Position numbers and translations under genes: made by a program. A stretch of 64,000 nucleotides of DNA from Armatimonadota bacterium (lineage in GTDB: Bacteria; Armatimonadota; Fimbriimonadia; Fimbriimonadales; GBS-DC): positions 37,797 through 101,796 of the forward strand of contig JBBIQK010000001.1 of the NCBI GenBank assembly GCA_037442365.1, in the 5' to 3' direction. The notes beneath the pieces were generated by a model that was given only the letters and a program-made list of their open reading frames with translations, made no database searches and was not told where the DNA came from. Positions 8,776 through 17,398 of the stretch are shown piece after piece (the first letter of the stretch is position 1; each line of letters starts with the position of its first letter).

Positions 8776-9813
8776 CTAAAACCCTGCCCATTCGAAGTAG
8801 GCGCGCGTCCATGCGGCGAAGGTCGCGCCGAAGAGCATCACCAGCAGCGCGCCGATTGCCAGAAACGGTCCGAAGGGCAGCATGGTAGGCGTCTCCTCGA
8901 AGGGTTCATCGGCAAGTTCCTCCTCGGTCTGACCGATCGAGGCGTAGACACGCTGTTGCACGCGGCGCGGGAGCAAGGTAATGAGCGCGTCCACCCAGAG
9001 TGTGTAGAGCAGGCACGACAACAGCAGGCTCCCCAGCGGTTCGGGCGGGAGCGGCGCCTCCGCGTCGTGGGTTTCGGCGTCGCGCGTGGGACGCGCACGG
9101 CGGGCGCGCCAGTAGCTCCATAGCCCGCCCAGAATCGCGCCTGTCGCGATCGAGACGCCGAACGCAACCAGCATGCCGGGCGCAAGCAGCAGCGCGCCCA
9201 TTCCGCGCACGAGCTTGATGTCGCCGTGCCCCATCGCATCGCGCCGAAACGCAATCCGCCCCAGAATCGCAATCGCGCTGAACAGTCCTGCGCCGATCAG
9301 CGCGCCAATCGTCGCGTTGCGCAGGCTCAGGGCGCCCAACGACGTCCAGTCCCAGTCGGTCGGCGCGCCCTTCAGCAACCCCGCATGGAGCAAGCCCAGA
9401 ATCAGCAGCGCGACATTCAGCTCATCGGGGATAATGTAGTGCTGCAGGTCGATGAAAAAAATCGCAATCAGCACGGACGCCGCCAGCGCGTACACCACAA
9501 ACCGCAGCGGCGATTCGCCCACAATCAGCCACTGATGCCACAACCACGCCCACACGCCCGCGTTCCACAACTCCACCAGAAAGTAGCGCAGGGGTATCGG
9601 CGCACGGCAATAGCGACACTTGCCGCCCTGCAGCAGGTAGCTGAGCAGGGGGAACAGGTCGCGCACGCCCAGCCGATGCCCGCACTTCGGGCAGTGCGAG
9701 GGGGGGAAGGCTATCGAAAGGTTTCGGGGCAGACGGTAGATGAGCACATTTAAAAAGCTCCCTACCGCCGCCCCGAACGCGACGCCGAACACAATGCTCC
9801 ACGCAGGAAGCAT
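8776..9813 (-). CDS. pilD: prepilin peptidase (A24 family) with insertion
   Basis: Has the N-terminal CPKC...CRYC zinc-binding pairs, the IDLQHYIIPD and GHGDIKL aspartyl motifs, and the C-terminal PFGPFLA. About 70 extra residues lie between the second Asp motif and PFGPF. Confidence 0.9.
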   Translation of the reverse strand: MLPAWSIVFGVAFGAAVGSFLNVLIYRLPRNLSIAFPPSHCPKCGHRLGVRDLFPLLSYLLQGGKCRYCRAPIPLRYFLVELWNAGVWAWLWHQWLIVGESPLRFVVYALAASVLIAIFFIDLQHYIIPDELNVALLILGLLHAGLLKGAPTDWDWTSLGALSLRNATIGALIGAGLFSAIAILGRIAFRRDAMGHGDIKLVRGMGALLLAPGMLVAFGVSIATGAILGGLWSYWRARRARPTRDAETHDAEAPLPPEPLGSLLLSCLLYTLWVDALITLLPRRVQQRVYASIGQTEEELADEPFEETPTMLPFGPFLAIGALLVMLFGATFAAWTRAYFEWAGF

Positions 9814-11033
9814 TACGACTGGTTCTGGCTGAGATTCGAGATGACCTCAATCATCGGCAGGAACATCGAGATGACGATGAAGCCGACGATAAAGCCCAGT
9901 AACACAATCATCACCGGCTCAATCGCAGCGGTGAGACTGGCGATGGTCATCTCCACCTCGTTCTCGTAGAAGTCGGCGATTTTGTTGAGCATGTGATCCA
10001 GCGAGCCCGACTCCTCGCCGACGCTGACCATATGGACGACCATCGGCGGGAACATCTTGCTGCGCTGGAGCGGGTCGGCGATTTTCTCACCTTCGCGGAT
10101 ACGCGCGCGCGATTCGATCACGGCGTCCGAGACGACCGAGTTGCCCACGACGCCCGCGACAGTCTCCATCGCCTGCAGTATCGGCACGCCCGACGCCAGC
10201 AGCGTGCCCATCGTGCGGCTGAAGCGCGCCATCACGATTTTGTGATGGAGCGGTCCGAACACGGGCACGCGCAGTTTGACCCGGTCGGCGACGCGCCGCC
10301 CCACGCGCGTACTCACGAACAACTTGTACGCAATTAGTATCGCGACCACCGCGATAATCACCACATACCAGCGTTGCGTGAACAGCGCGCTCAGGTCAAT
10401 CAGGAACTGCGTCGGCGCGGGCATCTCCTTGATGCCCAGCTCCTTGAACAGGCTGGCGAACTGCGGCACGAGCCACGAGACGAGGAAAATCACAATCCCG
10501 ACCGCCGCCAGCAACACAATCACCGGGTAGGTCAGCGCGGAGCGGATTTTGCGGCGCAGCTCCACATCCTTCTCAAGGAAGCCCGCGATGCGCTGGAGCG
10601 ACTCTTCCAGCACGCCGCCGACCTCGCCCGCGCGGATCAGACCGATAATCAGCTGGCTGAACGCTTTCGGGTGGCGCGCCATCGAGCGGGAGAGGCTCTC
10701 GCCCGATTCGACGCGCGCAGACAGGTCCATCAGGATTTTGCGCAGGCGGGCGTTGTTGGTCTGCGCCTGCAGCACATCCAGACAGCGAATCAGCGACACG
10801 CCCGCGTCGAGCATCGTGGAGAACTGGCGGGCGAAGATGGCAAGGTCGCTCAGTTTCACGCGCCCGTAGCCGCCCGCAGGCACGCGCGGCGCCTTGCGGT
10901 CTTCGGACACCTCCAGCACCTGTAGCCCTTCCGCCTGAAGCCGCTTCTTCAGCTCTTCCGCGTTGGGCGCTTCTACCTTGCCTGAACGGGTCTGCCCGTT
11001 CGCGTCCCGAATCGTGTAGTTAAAGTACGGCAT
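9813..11033 (-). CDS. pilC: type IV pilus platform protein (GspF/PilC family)
   Basis: 406 aa with a duplicated T2SSF-type domain architecture and three TM segments. AGGAGG RBS. Sits between pilT and pilD. Confidence 0.9.
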   Translation of the reverse strand: MPYFNYTIRDANGQTRSGKVEAPNAEELKKRLQAEGLQVLEVSEDRKAPRVPAGGYGRVKLSDLAIFARQFSTMLDAGVSLIRCLDVLQAQTNNARLRKILMDLSARVESGESLSRSMARHPKAFSQLIIGLIRAGEVGGVLEESLQRIAGFLEKDVELRRKIRSALTYPVIVLLAAVGIVIFLVSWLVPQFASLFKELGIKEMPAPTQFLIDLSALFTQRWYVVIIAVVAILIAYKLFVSTRVGRRVADRVKLRVPVFGPLHHKIVMARFSRTMGTLLASGVPILQAMETVAGVVGNSVVSDAVIESRARIREGEKIADPLQRSKMFPPMVVHMVSVGEESGSLDHMLNKIADFYENEVEMTIASLTAAIEPVMIVLLGFIVGFIVISMFLPMIEVISNLSQNQS

Positions 11034-11054
11034 GGTCGCTTGCCTCCTGAGTGT

Positions 11055-12260
11055 TTAGCGTCCGCGCGGGGGCTGTGCGCCCGGCGCGCCCGGCACACCG
11101 CCCGTGGGCGCAATCATCTTGCGCAGCTCGTCGGGGTTAATCGCTCGCGACATTGCCTCCTCATAGGTCACCCAGCCCTTCACATACAGGTCGCGCAGCG
11201 ACTGATCCATCGTCTGCATGCCCATCTGCCCGCTGGTTTGAATCATGGTGTGAATCTGGTGGGTCTTGTTCTCGCGGATGAGGTTGCGGATGGCGGGCGT
11301 GGCAATCATCACCTCGACGGCGGGCACGCGCCCCGGTTGACCCGCGCGCGGCAACAACTGCTGGCTGACAATCGCCTGCAGGTTGTTCGCCAGCTGAATG
11401 CGAATCTGCTCCTGTTGCCCCGGCGGGAACACATCGACGATACGGTCAATCGACTCGGCGGCGTTGTTCGTGTGGAGCGTGGCGAACACCAGGTGTCCCG
11501 TCTCGGCGGCGGTGATTGCCAGCTGGATGGTCTCCAGGTCGCGCATCTCGCCGACCAGAATCACATCGGGGTCTTCACGCAGCGCGGAGCGCAGCGCCGC
11601 CGCGAACGACTTGGTGTCCTGTCCCAGCTCGCGCTGGTTGATAATGCTGGAGCGGTGCTGGTGCAGGTACTCGATAGGGTCTTCAACGGTAATGATATGC
11701 ACGCTGCGCTCGGTGTTAATCTGATTAATCATCGCCGCGAGCGAGGTGGACTTGCCTGACCCCGTGGGACCCGTCACCAGAATCAGTCCGCGCGGGCGGC
11801 GGGTGAGTTCTTCCAGCACAGGCGGCAGGTTCAGCTCGCGCACCGTCGGCACGCGGGCGGGAATCAAACGGAACGCCGCCGCGACTGCACCCTTATCCTT
11901 GTACACATTCACGCGGAAGCGCGCGATTTTGTGCAGGCTGTACGAAAAGTCCAGCTCGTAATTGGTTTCGAACTTCTGGATTTGTTCGTCGGTCAGGATT
12001 TCGTACATCATGCGCTGGGTCTGGGTCGGCTGCGCTTTTTCGTAGTTGAGGCGTAGCAGCTGCCCATCCACGCGAATCACGGGCTCCACGAAGGGGCACA
12101 GGTGCAGGTCGGATGCGCCTTTCTCGGTCACGATGTAGAGCAGCTCGTCGATATGGGTATCTTCGAGGCTGCGCGGTTGCGCGACCGCGGGTTGTGCGGC
12201 AGGCGCTGTCGCCGCCCCGCCTCCGTGCGTCGGTGTGTTCGGCATCTGGTTCATTTGCAT
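11055..12260 (-). CDS. pilT: twitching motility retraction ATPase
   Basis: Walker A GPTGSGKST and the PilT signature PAIRNLIRENKTHQI. Also has an Ala/Pro-rich N-terminal extension. Confidence 0.9.
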   Translation of the reverse strand: MQMNQMPNTPTHGGGAATAPAAQPAVAQPRSLEDTHIDELLYIVTEKGASDLHLCPFVEPVIRVDGQLLRLNYEKAQPTQTQRMMYEILTDEQIQKFETNYELDFSYSLHKIARFRVNVYKDKGAVAAAFRLIPARVPTVRELNLPPVLEELTRRPRGLILVTGPTGSGKSTSLAAMINQINTERSVHIITVEDPIEYLHQHRSSIINQRELGQDTKSFAAALRSALREDPDVILVGEMRDLETIQLAITAAETGHLVFATLHTNNAAESIDRIVDVFPPGQQEQIRIQLANNLQAIVSQQLLPRAGQPGRVPAVEVMIATPAIRNLIRENKTHQIHTMIQTSGQMGMQTMDQSLRDLYVKGWVTYEEAMSRAINPDELRKMIAPTGGVPGAPGAQPPRGR

Positions 12261-12283
12261 GGCTCGGTGAGACCTCCTGAGTA

Positions 12284-14047
12284 TTAATAGAATCCTGCGG
12301 TGAAGACCACGCGGCGTACCTCGTCGGGTGTGGTCAGCCCCTCGAGGACTTTGACCAGTCCGTCCTCGCGCAGCTCTTTCATGCCGTTCGCTTTGGCGGC
12401 TTCCTTGATGTCGGAGAGCGGCGCGCGGCGCACAATCAACTCGGCGATTTCAGCGTTGACCACCATCAACTCGTAGATACCGACGCGCCCGGCGTAGCCG
12501 CGCCCGCGACAGTGGTCGCACCCGACGCCTTCCCAGATGGTGACCATCTGGTCGGGGTTCTCGATCTGGAACCCGAAGGCGCGCAGGTCGGCGGCGGGGA
12601 TTTCGCGCGGCTCCTTGCAGTGCTGACACACGCGGCGCGCGAGGCGCTGCGCCATTACGCCCGTGACGGTCGCTGCAATCAGGTACGGCTCCACGCCCAT
12701 GTCCACCATACGAATCACGGCGGAGGGCGCGTCGTTCGTGTGCAGCGTCGACAGCACCAGGTGTCCCGTCAGCGAGGCTTCAATTGCAATCTCCGCCGTC
12801 TCCAGGTCGCGCATCTCGCCGACCATGATGATGTCGGGGTCCTGACGCAGGAACGCACGCAGCGCACTCGCGAAGGTCAAACCCGCCTTGCGGTTCACCT
12901 GCACCTGCGAGATTCCCGGCAACTGGTACTCAATCGGGTCTTCAATCGTCAAGATGTTCTTTTCGACGGAGTTCAGTTTGTGGAGTACCGAATACTGGGT
13001 AGTCGTTTTGCCCGACCCTGTGGGACCGGTGGACAGCACCATGCCCTGCGGCTGGATGACCAGCTCTTCGAGGCGCGCCTGTGTTTCGGGGGTGAATCCG
13101 AGCTTGTTGAGTCCCAGCAACACACTGGTCTTGTCCAGAATACGCATGACGATTTTCTCGCCGTGCGGGGTCGGGATGGACGAGACGCGCAAGTCGTAGT
13201 CTTTGTTCTGGTAGCGGATGGGGATACGCCCGTCCTGCGGCAGGCGTTTCTCGGCGATGTTCATCTCCGCCATGATTTTGTAGCGGGAGATGAGCGGCGC
13301 CTGCACATATTTGGGCAGGGAGAGCGCTTCGTGCAACACGCCGTCGATTCGGTAGCGGATGCGCAGATTGCGGATTTGCGGTTCGACATGGATATCGCTG
13401 GCGCGTTCGTTGATGGCTTGCTGGATGATGGTGTTCGCCACGCGCACGATGGGACCTTCTTCGGCTTCGCGCAGCACGGCTTTTTCGTCGTCTTCGGCGT
13501 CGCCGCGCGCGCTATAGGCGGCGATGTCGGTCATCACGCTGCCGCGCAGGTCGGCAGGGCGCGCGGGCGCGTTGCCGTCCCCCGGCGCCGCCGGCGCGCC
13601 TTCGCCCGCCGCCGAGCCGCCGTATGCCTTGCGAATGGCGTCCTCAATCGCGCCGGGCGCGGCAATCACCGGGCGCACCGTGCAGCGCGAGTTGACACGC
13701 ACATCGTCTATCGCCATCACATTGCTGGGGTCCGACATCGCCAGATAGAGGATGTTGCCGTCTTTTTTCACGGGGATCACATTGTAGCGCTTGGCGATAT
13801 GCTCTTTGACCACATTGAGCGCGGACGGCTCCGGCTGCACACGGTCCAGATCCACAAACGGCATCCCCAGCTCGAACGCTTTCGCCTCATAAGCGTCGCG
13901 CTCGCTCACCAGCGTCTGGTCGAGAAAAATCTGAATCAGCTCTTTGCCCGTTGACTGTTGCACACGGCGAGCGTCTTCCAGCTGCTCTTGCGTGATGAGA
14001 CCCTTCTCCAGCAGATATTCGCCTGCTGTTCTGCGTGTCATAGCCAT
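12284..14047 (-). CDS. pilB: type IV pilus assembly ATPase (GspE/PilB family)
   Basis: Has an N-terminal MshEN/T2SSE_N-like domain, Walker A GPTGSGKTT and the tetracysteine motif CQHC...CDHC. Confidence 0.9.
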   Translation of the reverse strand: MAMTRRTAGEYLLEKGLITQEQLEDARRVQQSTGKELIQIFLDQTLVSERDAYEAKAFELGMPFVDLDRVQPEPSALNVVKEHIAKRYNVIPVKKDGNILYLAMSDPSNVMAIDDVRVNSRCTVRPVIAAPGAIEDAIRKAYGGSAAGEGAPAAPGDGNAPARPADLRGSVMTDIAAYSARGDAEDDEKAVLREAEEGPIVRVANTIIQQAINERASDIHVEPQIRNLRIRYRIDGVLHEALSLPKYVQAPLISRYKIMAEMNIAEKRLPQDGRIPIRYQNKDYDLRVSSIPTPHGEKIVMRILDKTSVLLGLNKLGFTPETQARLEELVIQPQGMVLSTGPTGSGKTTTQYSVLHKLNSVEKNILTIEDPIEYQLPGISQVQVNRKAGLTFASALRAFLRQDPDIIMVGEMRDLETAEIAIEASLTGHLVLSTLHTNDAPSAVIRMVDMGVEPYLIAATVTGVMAQRLARRVCQHCKEPREIPAADLRAFGFQIENPDQMVTIWEGVGCDHCRGRGYAGRVGIYELMVVNAEIAELIVRRAPLSDIKEAAKANGMKELREDGLVKVLEGLTTPDEVRRVVFTAGFY

Positions 14048-14094
14048 TGGTTATCACTCCTACCCATATAGTCCCTGCCGCTCGTATGCGTACA

Positions 14095-14103
14095 ATTATA
14101 GCA
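14095..14103 (-). promoter_or_regulatory. putative extended -10 (TGCTATAAT) for pilB operon
   Basis: The reverse complement of 14095..14103 reads TGCTATAAT, about 48 nt upstream of the pilB ATG. An AGGAG RBS follows. Confidence 0.5.
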
Positions 14104-14119
14104 CATCCGCACGAGCGTA

Positions 14120-14128
14120 TGGTATAAT
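14120..14128 (+). promoter_or_regulatory. putative extended -10 (TGGTATAAT) for 14174 gene
   Basis: TGGTATAAT lies 45 nt upstream of ATG 14174, and a GGAAGGAGG RBS follows. Divergent from the pilB promoter. Confidence 0.5.
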
Positions 14129-14173
14129 CTTCTGCGAGCGGGACTCGATTCCTGCCGATTTGGAAGGAGGCGT

Positions 14174-14971
14174 ATGAAAATGCGAACGCTGTGGTTGGTG
14201 GGATTGGCGGCGGTTGTGTCGCTGGGCAGTGCGCAGACGCGCACGCAACGCGGCGCGACTAAGCAAGAAGATGGGCGCGTTCCGATTGCGCAGGCGGCGC
14301 AGGAACTCGCGCAAAAATTTAAGGTACAGATTGTGGTGGACCCTGCGCTGACTCTGCGGGTGAACCCACCGCAGGCGGACGACCTGGAGCGCGCGCTCGA
14401 CGAAATGACGACGCAGGCGCGCGATGTGGTCTGGCGCAAGGTCTACACCAACAAAGTGCTGGGCGCCGAGCCAAACGCCGAACAGATTCTGAGCGCGGTG
14501 CGCGCGCTTATCACCATCGAACTGGGCGGGGTGATGGTGGTCAATCCGCGCGCGGCGACGCTCAACTCGTTCGTGGCGAACTATCCCGCGCCGCCTGACC
14601 TGGAGAACACGCTGGAGCAGATGCAGCCGCCGTTCAGCGCGAAGCCCGTGTATGTGATTCTGAACCCCAAGCCGCAGGGGGCGACCGCTCTGCGCGGTTC
14701 CAAAACGGAACAGTTCGCCCAGATGCAGCAGCAGCTGATGGACCTGCTCGCGAAGATGAGTCCCGAAGAGCGCCAGCAGGCGTTGCAATCGGCGATGAGC
14801 ATGTGGATGAACGCCGACCCGAACCTGCGCAACCAGATGATTTTTGAAGGCATGCGCATGTCGTTCGAATACTGGCAGACCCTCTCGCCTGAGCAGCAGC
14901 GCGAAATGATGGAGATGGGACGCAAGTTCTTCGAGCAGTATTTCGGCGGCGGTGGAATGCCCGACCTCTGA
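14174..14971 (+). CDS. hypothetical secreted protein (STN-like N-terminal segment, Met/Gln-rich C-terminus)
   Basis: Signal peptide MKMRTLWLVGLAAVVSLGSAQT and a strong RBS. The segment IAQAAQELAQKFKVQIVVDPAL loosely resembles the secretin/TonB short N-terminal (STN) pattern. The antisense ORF 14096..15118 was rejected. Confidence 0.65.
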   Translation: MKMRTLWLVGLAAVVSLGSAQTRTQRGATKQEDGRVPIAQAAQELAQKFKVQIVVDPALTLRVNPPQADDLERALDEMTTQARDVVWRKVYTNKVLGAEPNAEQILSAVRALITIELGGVMVVNPRAATLNSFVANYPAPPDLENTLEQMQPPFSAKPVYVILNPKPQGATALRGSKTEQFAQMQQQLMDLLAKMSPEERQQALQSAMSMWMNADPNLRNQMIFEGMRMSFEYWQTLSPEQQREMMEMGRKFFEQYFGGGGMPDL

Positions 14972-14987
14972 AAGCCCCTTTAAAAAT

Positions 14988-15016
14988 GAGGGGGCGCAAA
15001 TCGCTTGCGCTCCCTC
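14988..15016 (-). terminator. hairpin terminator between convergent genes
   Basis: GAGGGGGCGCAA-atcgc-TTGCGCTCCCTC forms a 12-bp stem with one G-U pair. On the minus strand it is followed by CTCATTTTTAAA, so it probably terminates the DASS transporter gene and may act bidirectionally. Confidence 0.6.
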
Positions 15017-15077
15017 TGTATCTCCTGCCCACAAGCATGTTTCTCGCAACAGATACCCTCTTTTCAGCAGGTAGTGC

Positions 15078-16529
15078 TTAGGGAATCCCAAGCCCCCAGC
15101 GCGCGGTGGTGAGCGCAATCAGCACCACAACGCCAATACAGAACAGATTCAGCGCCAGTCCTGCCCGCGCCATTTCGGCGATGCGTATCTCGCCTGAGGC
15201 GAACACAATCGCGTTGGGTGGCGTCGCCACAGGCAACATAAACGCCGCCGACGCGCTCACGGCGACGGGGATCGTCAGCAGGCGCGGGTCGATGCCCAGC
15301 CCGACCGCCGCCGCGCCCACCACGGGCAGAAAGGTCGCCGTCGTCGCCGTGTTGGAGGTCAGCTCCGTCAGGAAGATAATCAGCGTCGCCACCGCCAGCA
15401 CAATGAGCCACACGGGCAGCGCGCCCAGCCCCTGCACACTCGCGCCAATCGCCTTCGCCAGCCCCGTGCTTTCGAACGCGCCCGCCAGCGCCAGCCCACC
15501 CCCAAACAAAATCAACACGCCCCACGGCAGACTCTCCGCCGTGCGCCAGTCCAGAATCGGCTTGTAGGGCGTGCGGGAGGCGGGCAGCAGAAAAAGCGTT
15601 AGCGCCGCGCTCATCGCCACAAACGAATCGGAAAGCGCGATGCCCAACTGCTTGCCGACCCACTCGCGCGCCAGCCAACCCGCCACCGCATACGCGAACA
15701 CGCCCGCCACACACCGCTCGGCAAGGCTCCAGCGCGTGCGCGAGTCGAGCTGGCTCACGAGCGACTCGCGCAGGACGCCGAAATTCAGGTTTTTTGCAGA
15801 AAATTGCACTTTTGTGAGCCACACCCATGTGAAGGGCAGCATCAGCCCCACGAACGGCAGCCCGACGCTGAGCCAGTTGAGCATGTTCAGCGAGTAGTTG
15901 TAGTTGTCGCGCAGAAAGCCCGCCAGCAGCGCATTCGGCGCGGTGCCAATCAGCGTGCCCACCCCGCCGATGGACGCCGAGTACGCCACGCCCAGCATCA
16001 GCGCAAGCGCGAAGTTGTGCGCCGCCTCCTTCCCACAGGCGCGCCGCACCCACTCCACCACCGACAGCGCGACGGCGAACATCATCATAGTCGTTGAGGT
16101 GTTGTTGATCCACATCGAGGTGAACGCCGTCGCCGCCATAAAACCCGCGACCATCCCGCCCGGCGTGCGCCCCAGCCGCTTCACAATCCCCAGCGCGAGC
16201 CGCTCGTGCAGCCCCGACTGTTGCATCCCCTGCGCGATGATAAACCCACCCAGAAACAGGAACACGATAGGGTCTGCGTAGCGAGCAGCGACCTGCTTCT
16301 CGTCGGCGATTCCCACCAGCGGCATCCACACCAGCGGCAGCAGCGCAGTCGCCGGGATGGGCGCGCACTCCGTGAACCACCAGAGCGCCATCCACAGCGT
16401 CAGCCCCACCAGCCGCCACGCCTCAGGGGTCAGCGATTCGGGAGGGGGAACCAGCAGCGGCGCAACACCCAGCAGCGGACCGACGGCAATCGCAATCCCA
16501 CGCAGGGCGACAGCAGAGGCGCGTCTCAT
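15078..16529 (-). CDS. DASS/SLC13 family anion:sodium symporter
   Basis: Polytopic membrane protein with the duplicated-hairpin pattern typical of this family (...TSNTATTA..., ...PVATPPNAIVF...). ATG 16529 was chosen because the upstream part of the ORF overlaps cdsA. Confidence 0.85.
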   Translation of the reverse strand: MRRASAVALRGIAIAVGPLLGVAPLLVPPPESLTPEAWRLVGLTLWMALWWFTECAPIPATALLPLVWMPLVGIADEKQVAARYADPIVFLFLGGFIIAQGMQQSGLHERLALGIVKRLGRTPGGMVAGFMAATAFTSMWINNTSTTMMMFAVALSVVEWVRRACGKEAAHNFALALMLGVAYSASIGGVGTLIGTAPNALLAGFLRDNYNYSLNMLNWLSVGLPFVGLMLPFTWVWLTKVQFSAKNLNFGVLRESLVSQLDSRTRWSLAERCVAGVFAYAVAGWLAREWVGKQLGIALSDSFVAMSAALTLFLLPASRTPYKPILDWRTAESLPWGVLILFGGGLALAGAFESTGLAKAIGASVQGLGALPVWLIVLAVATLIIFLTELTSNTATTATFLPVVGAAAVGLGIDPRLLTIPVAVSASAAFMLPVATPPNAIVFASGEIRIAEMARAGLALNLFCIGVVVLIALTTARWGLGIP

Positions 16530-16558
16530 CGCCCCTGCAGGTTCGGCGCAGTGGCTAT

Positions 16559-17398
16559 CTATCCTGCCATCTGCGCCACCCACCACACCCACGGTGCGCT
16601 GAACAGGAAGCTATCGAACCGATCCAGCACGCCGCCGTGTCCGGGCAGAATGCCGCCCGAATCTTTCACGCCGACCGCCCGCTTGAGCGCAGATTCGAAC
16701 AAATCGCCCAGCTGCCCCAGCACGCCGACGCCCAGCCCGCCCGCAATCGCCCAACCGCCGGGCAGCCCCAGCGCAACCCCACCCTGCCAGCCCACCAGTA
16801 GACAAAGTATAAGATTGGCCGCGGCGCCTTCCACTGTCTTGGCAGGGCTAAGTTTCGGCGCGAGCTTGCGCTTGCCGATGGCTCTGCCCACAAAGTACGC
16901 GCCAGAATCGCCTAACCAGAGCATCGCGAGCAACCACAGCGCCCACAGCGCGCCGCGCTCCACCTGCCAGCCCCACAGCGACGCAGGCGCATCGTCGCCC
17001 CGTAGCAGTACGCCAAAGCTAAACAGCCAGCCGATGAAGAGCATTCCGAAGACGCCATAACCGATGTTCGGGGCAATCGCGAGGCTCCTGCCCTGCCACG
17101 CACGCGCCAGCTCGTACACAGAAGCCAGTGCGAGCGCACTCAAAAGCGGGGTTGTCAGGCTCATTTGCGGAAACATCCAGCTCAGCAACGGCAGCGACGC
17201 GCCTGTCATCAGCAGAATCATGTTCGGATGGGGCTGGGGAACCCACGATGAATGCCGATAGAGCTGGCGATACTCCAGCGACGCCACAAGCGCCAGCAGG
17301 CTCAACGCGCACGCCATCACCCCCCCGCCGGGCGTAAACACCACCGCCAGCGCCAGCGGGATCCCCACCAGAGCGGTCAGCAGGCGCGTGCGCAACAT
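16559..17398 (-). CDS. cdsA: phosphatidate cytidylyltransferase
   Basis: Carries the CTP-transferase 1 signature GDSGAYFVGRAIGKRKLAPKLSPAKTVEG...GDLFESALKR. Confidence 0.85.
   Translation of the reverse strand: MLRTRLLTALVGIPLALAVVFTPGGGVMACALSLLALVASLEYRQLYRHSSWVPQPHPNMILLMTGASLPLLSWMFPQMSLTTPLLSALALASVYELARAWQGRSLAIAPNIGYGVFGMLFIGWLFSFGVLLRGDDAPASLWGWQVERGALWALWLLAMLWLGDSGAYFVGRAIGKRKLAPKLSPAKTVEGAAANLILCLLVGWQGGVALGLPGGWAIAGGLGVGVLGQLGDLFESALKRAVGVKDSGGILPGHGGVLDRFDSFLFSAPWVWWVAQMAG

Noticed and set aside
12512-13954. 480-aa plus-strand ORF
   Set aside because: Antisense to pilB, which has Walker and Zn motifs. An artefact of the high GC content.
14096-15118. 340-aa minus-strand ORF
   Set aside because: Antisense to the 14174..14971 gene, which has a strong RBS, a promoter and a signal peptide. 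The minus-frame product is an Arg/His/Leu-rich repeat-like sequence, and it runs through the terminator hairpin.
15064-16419. 451-aa minus-strand ORF in an alternative frame of the DASS transporter
   Set aside because: It shares the strand with, but is in a different frame from, a convincing polytopic transporter. The product is Gly/Ala/Arg-rich with no TM pattern.
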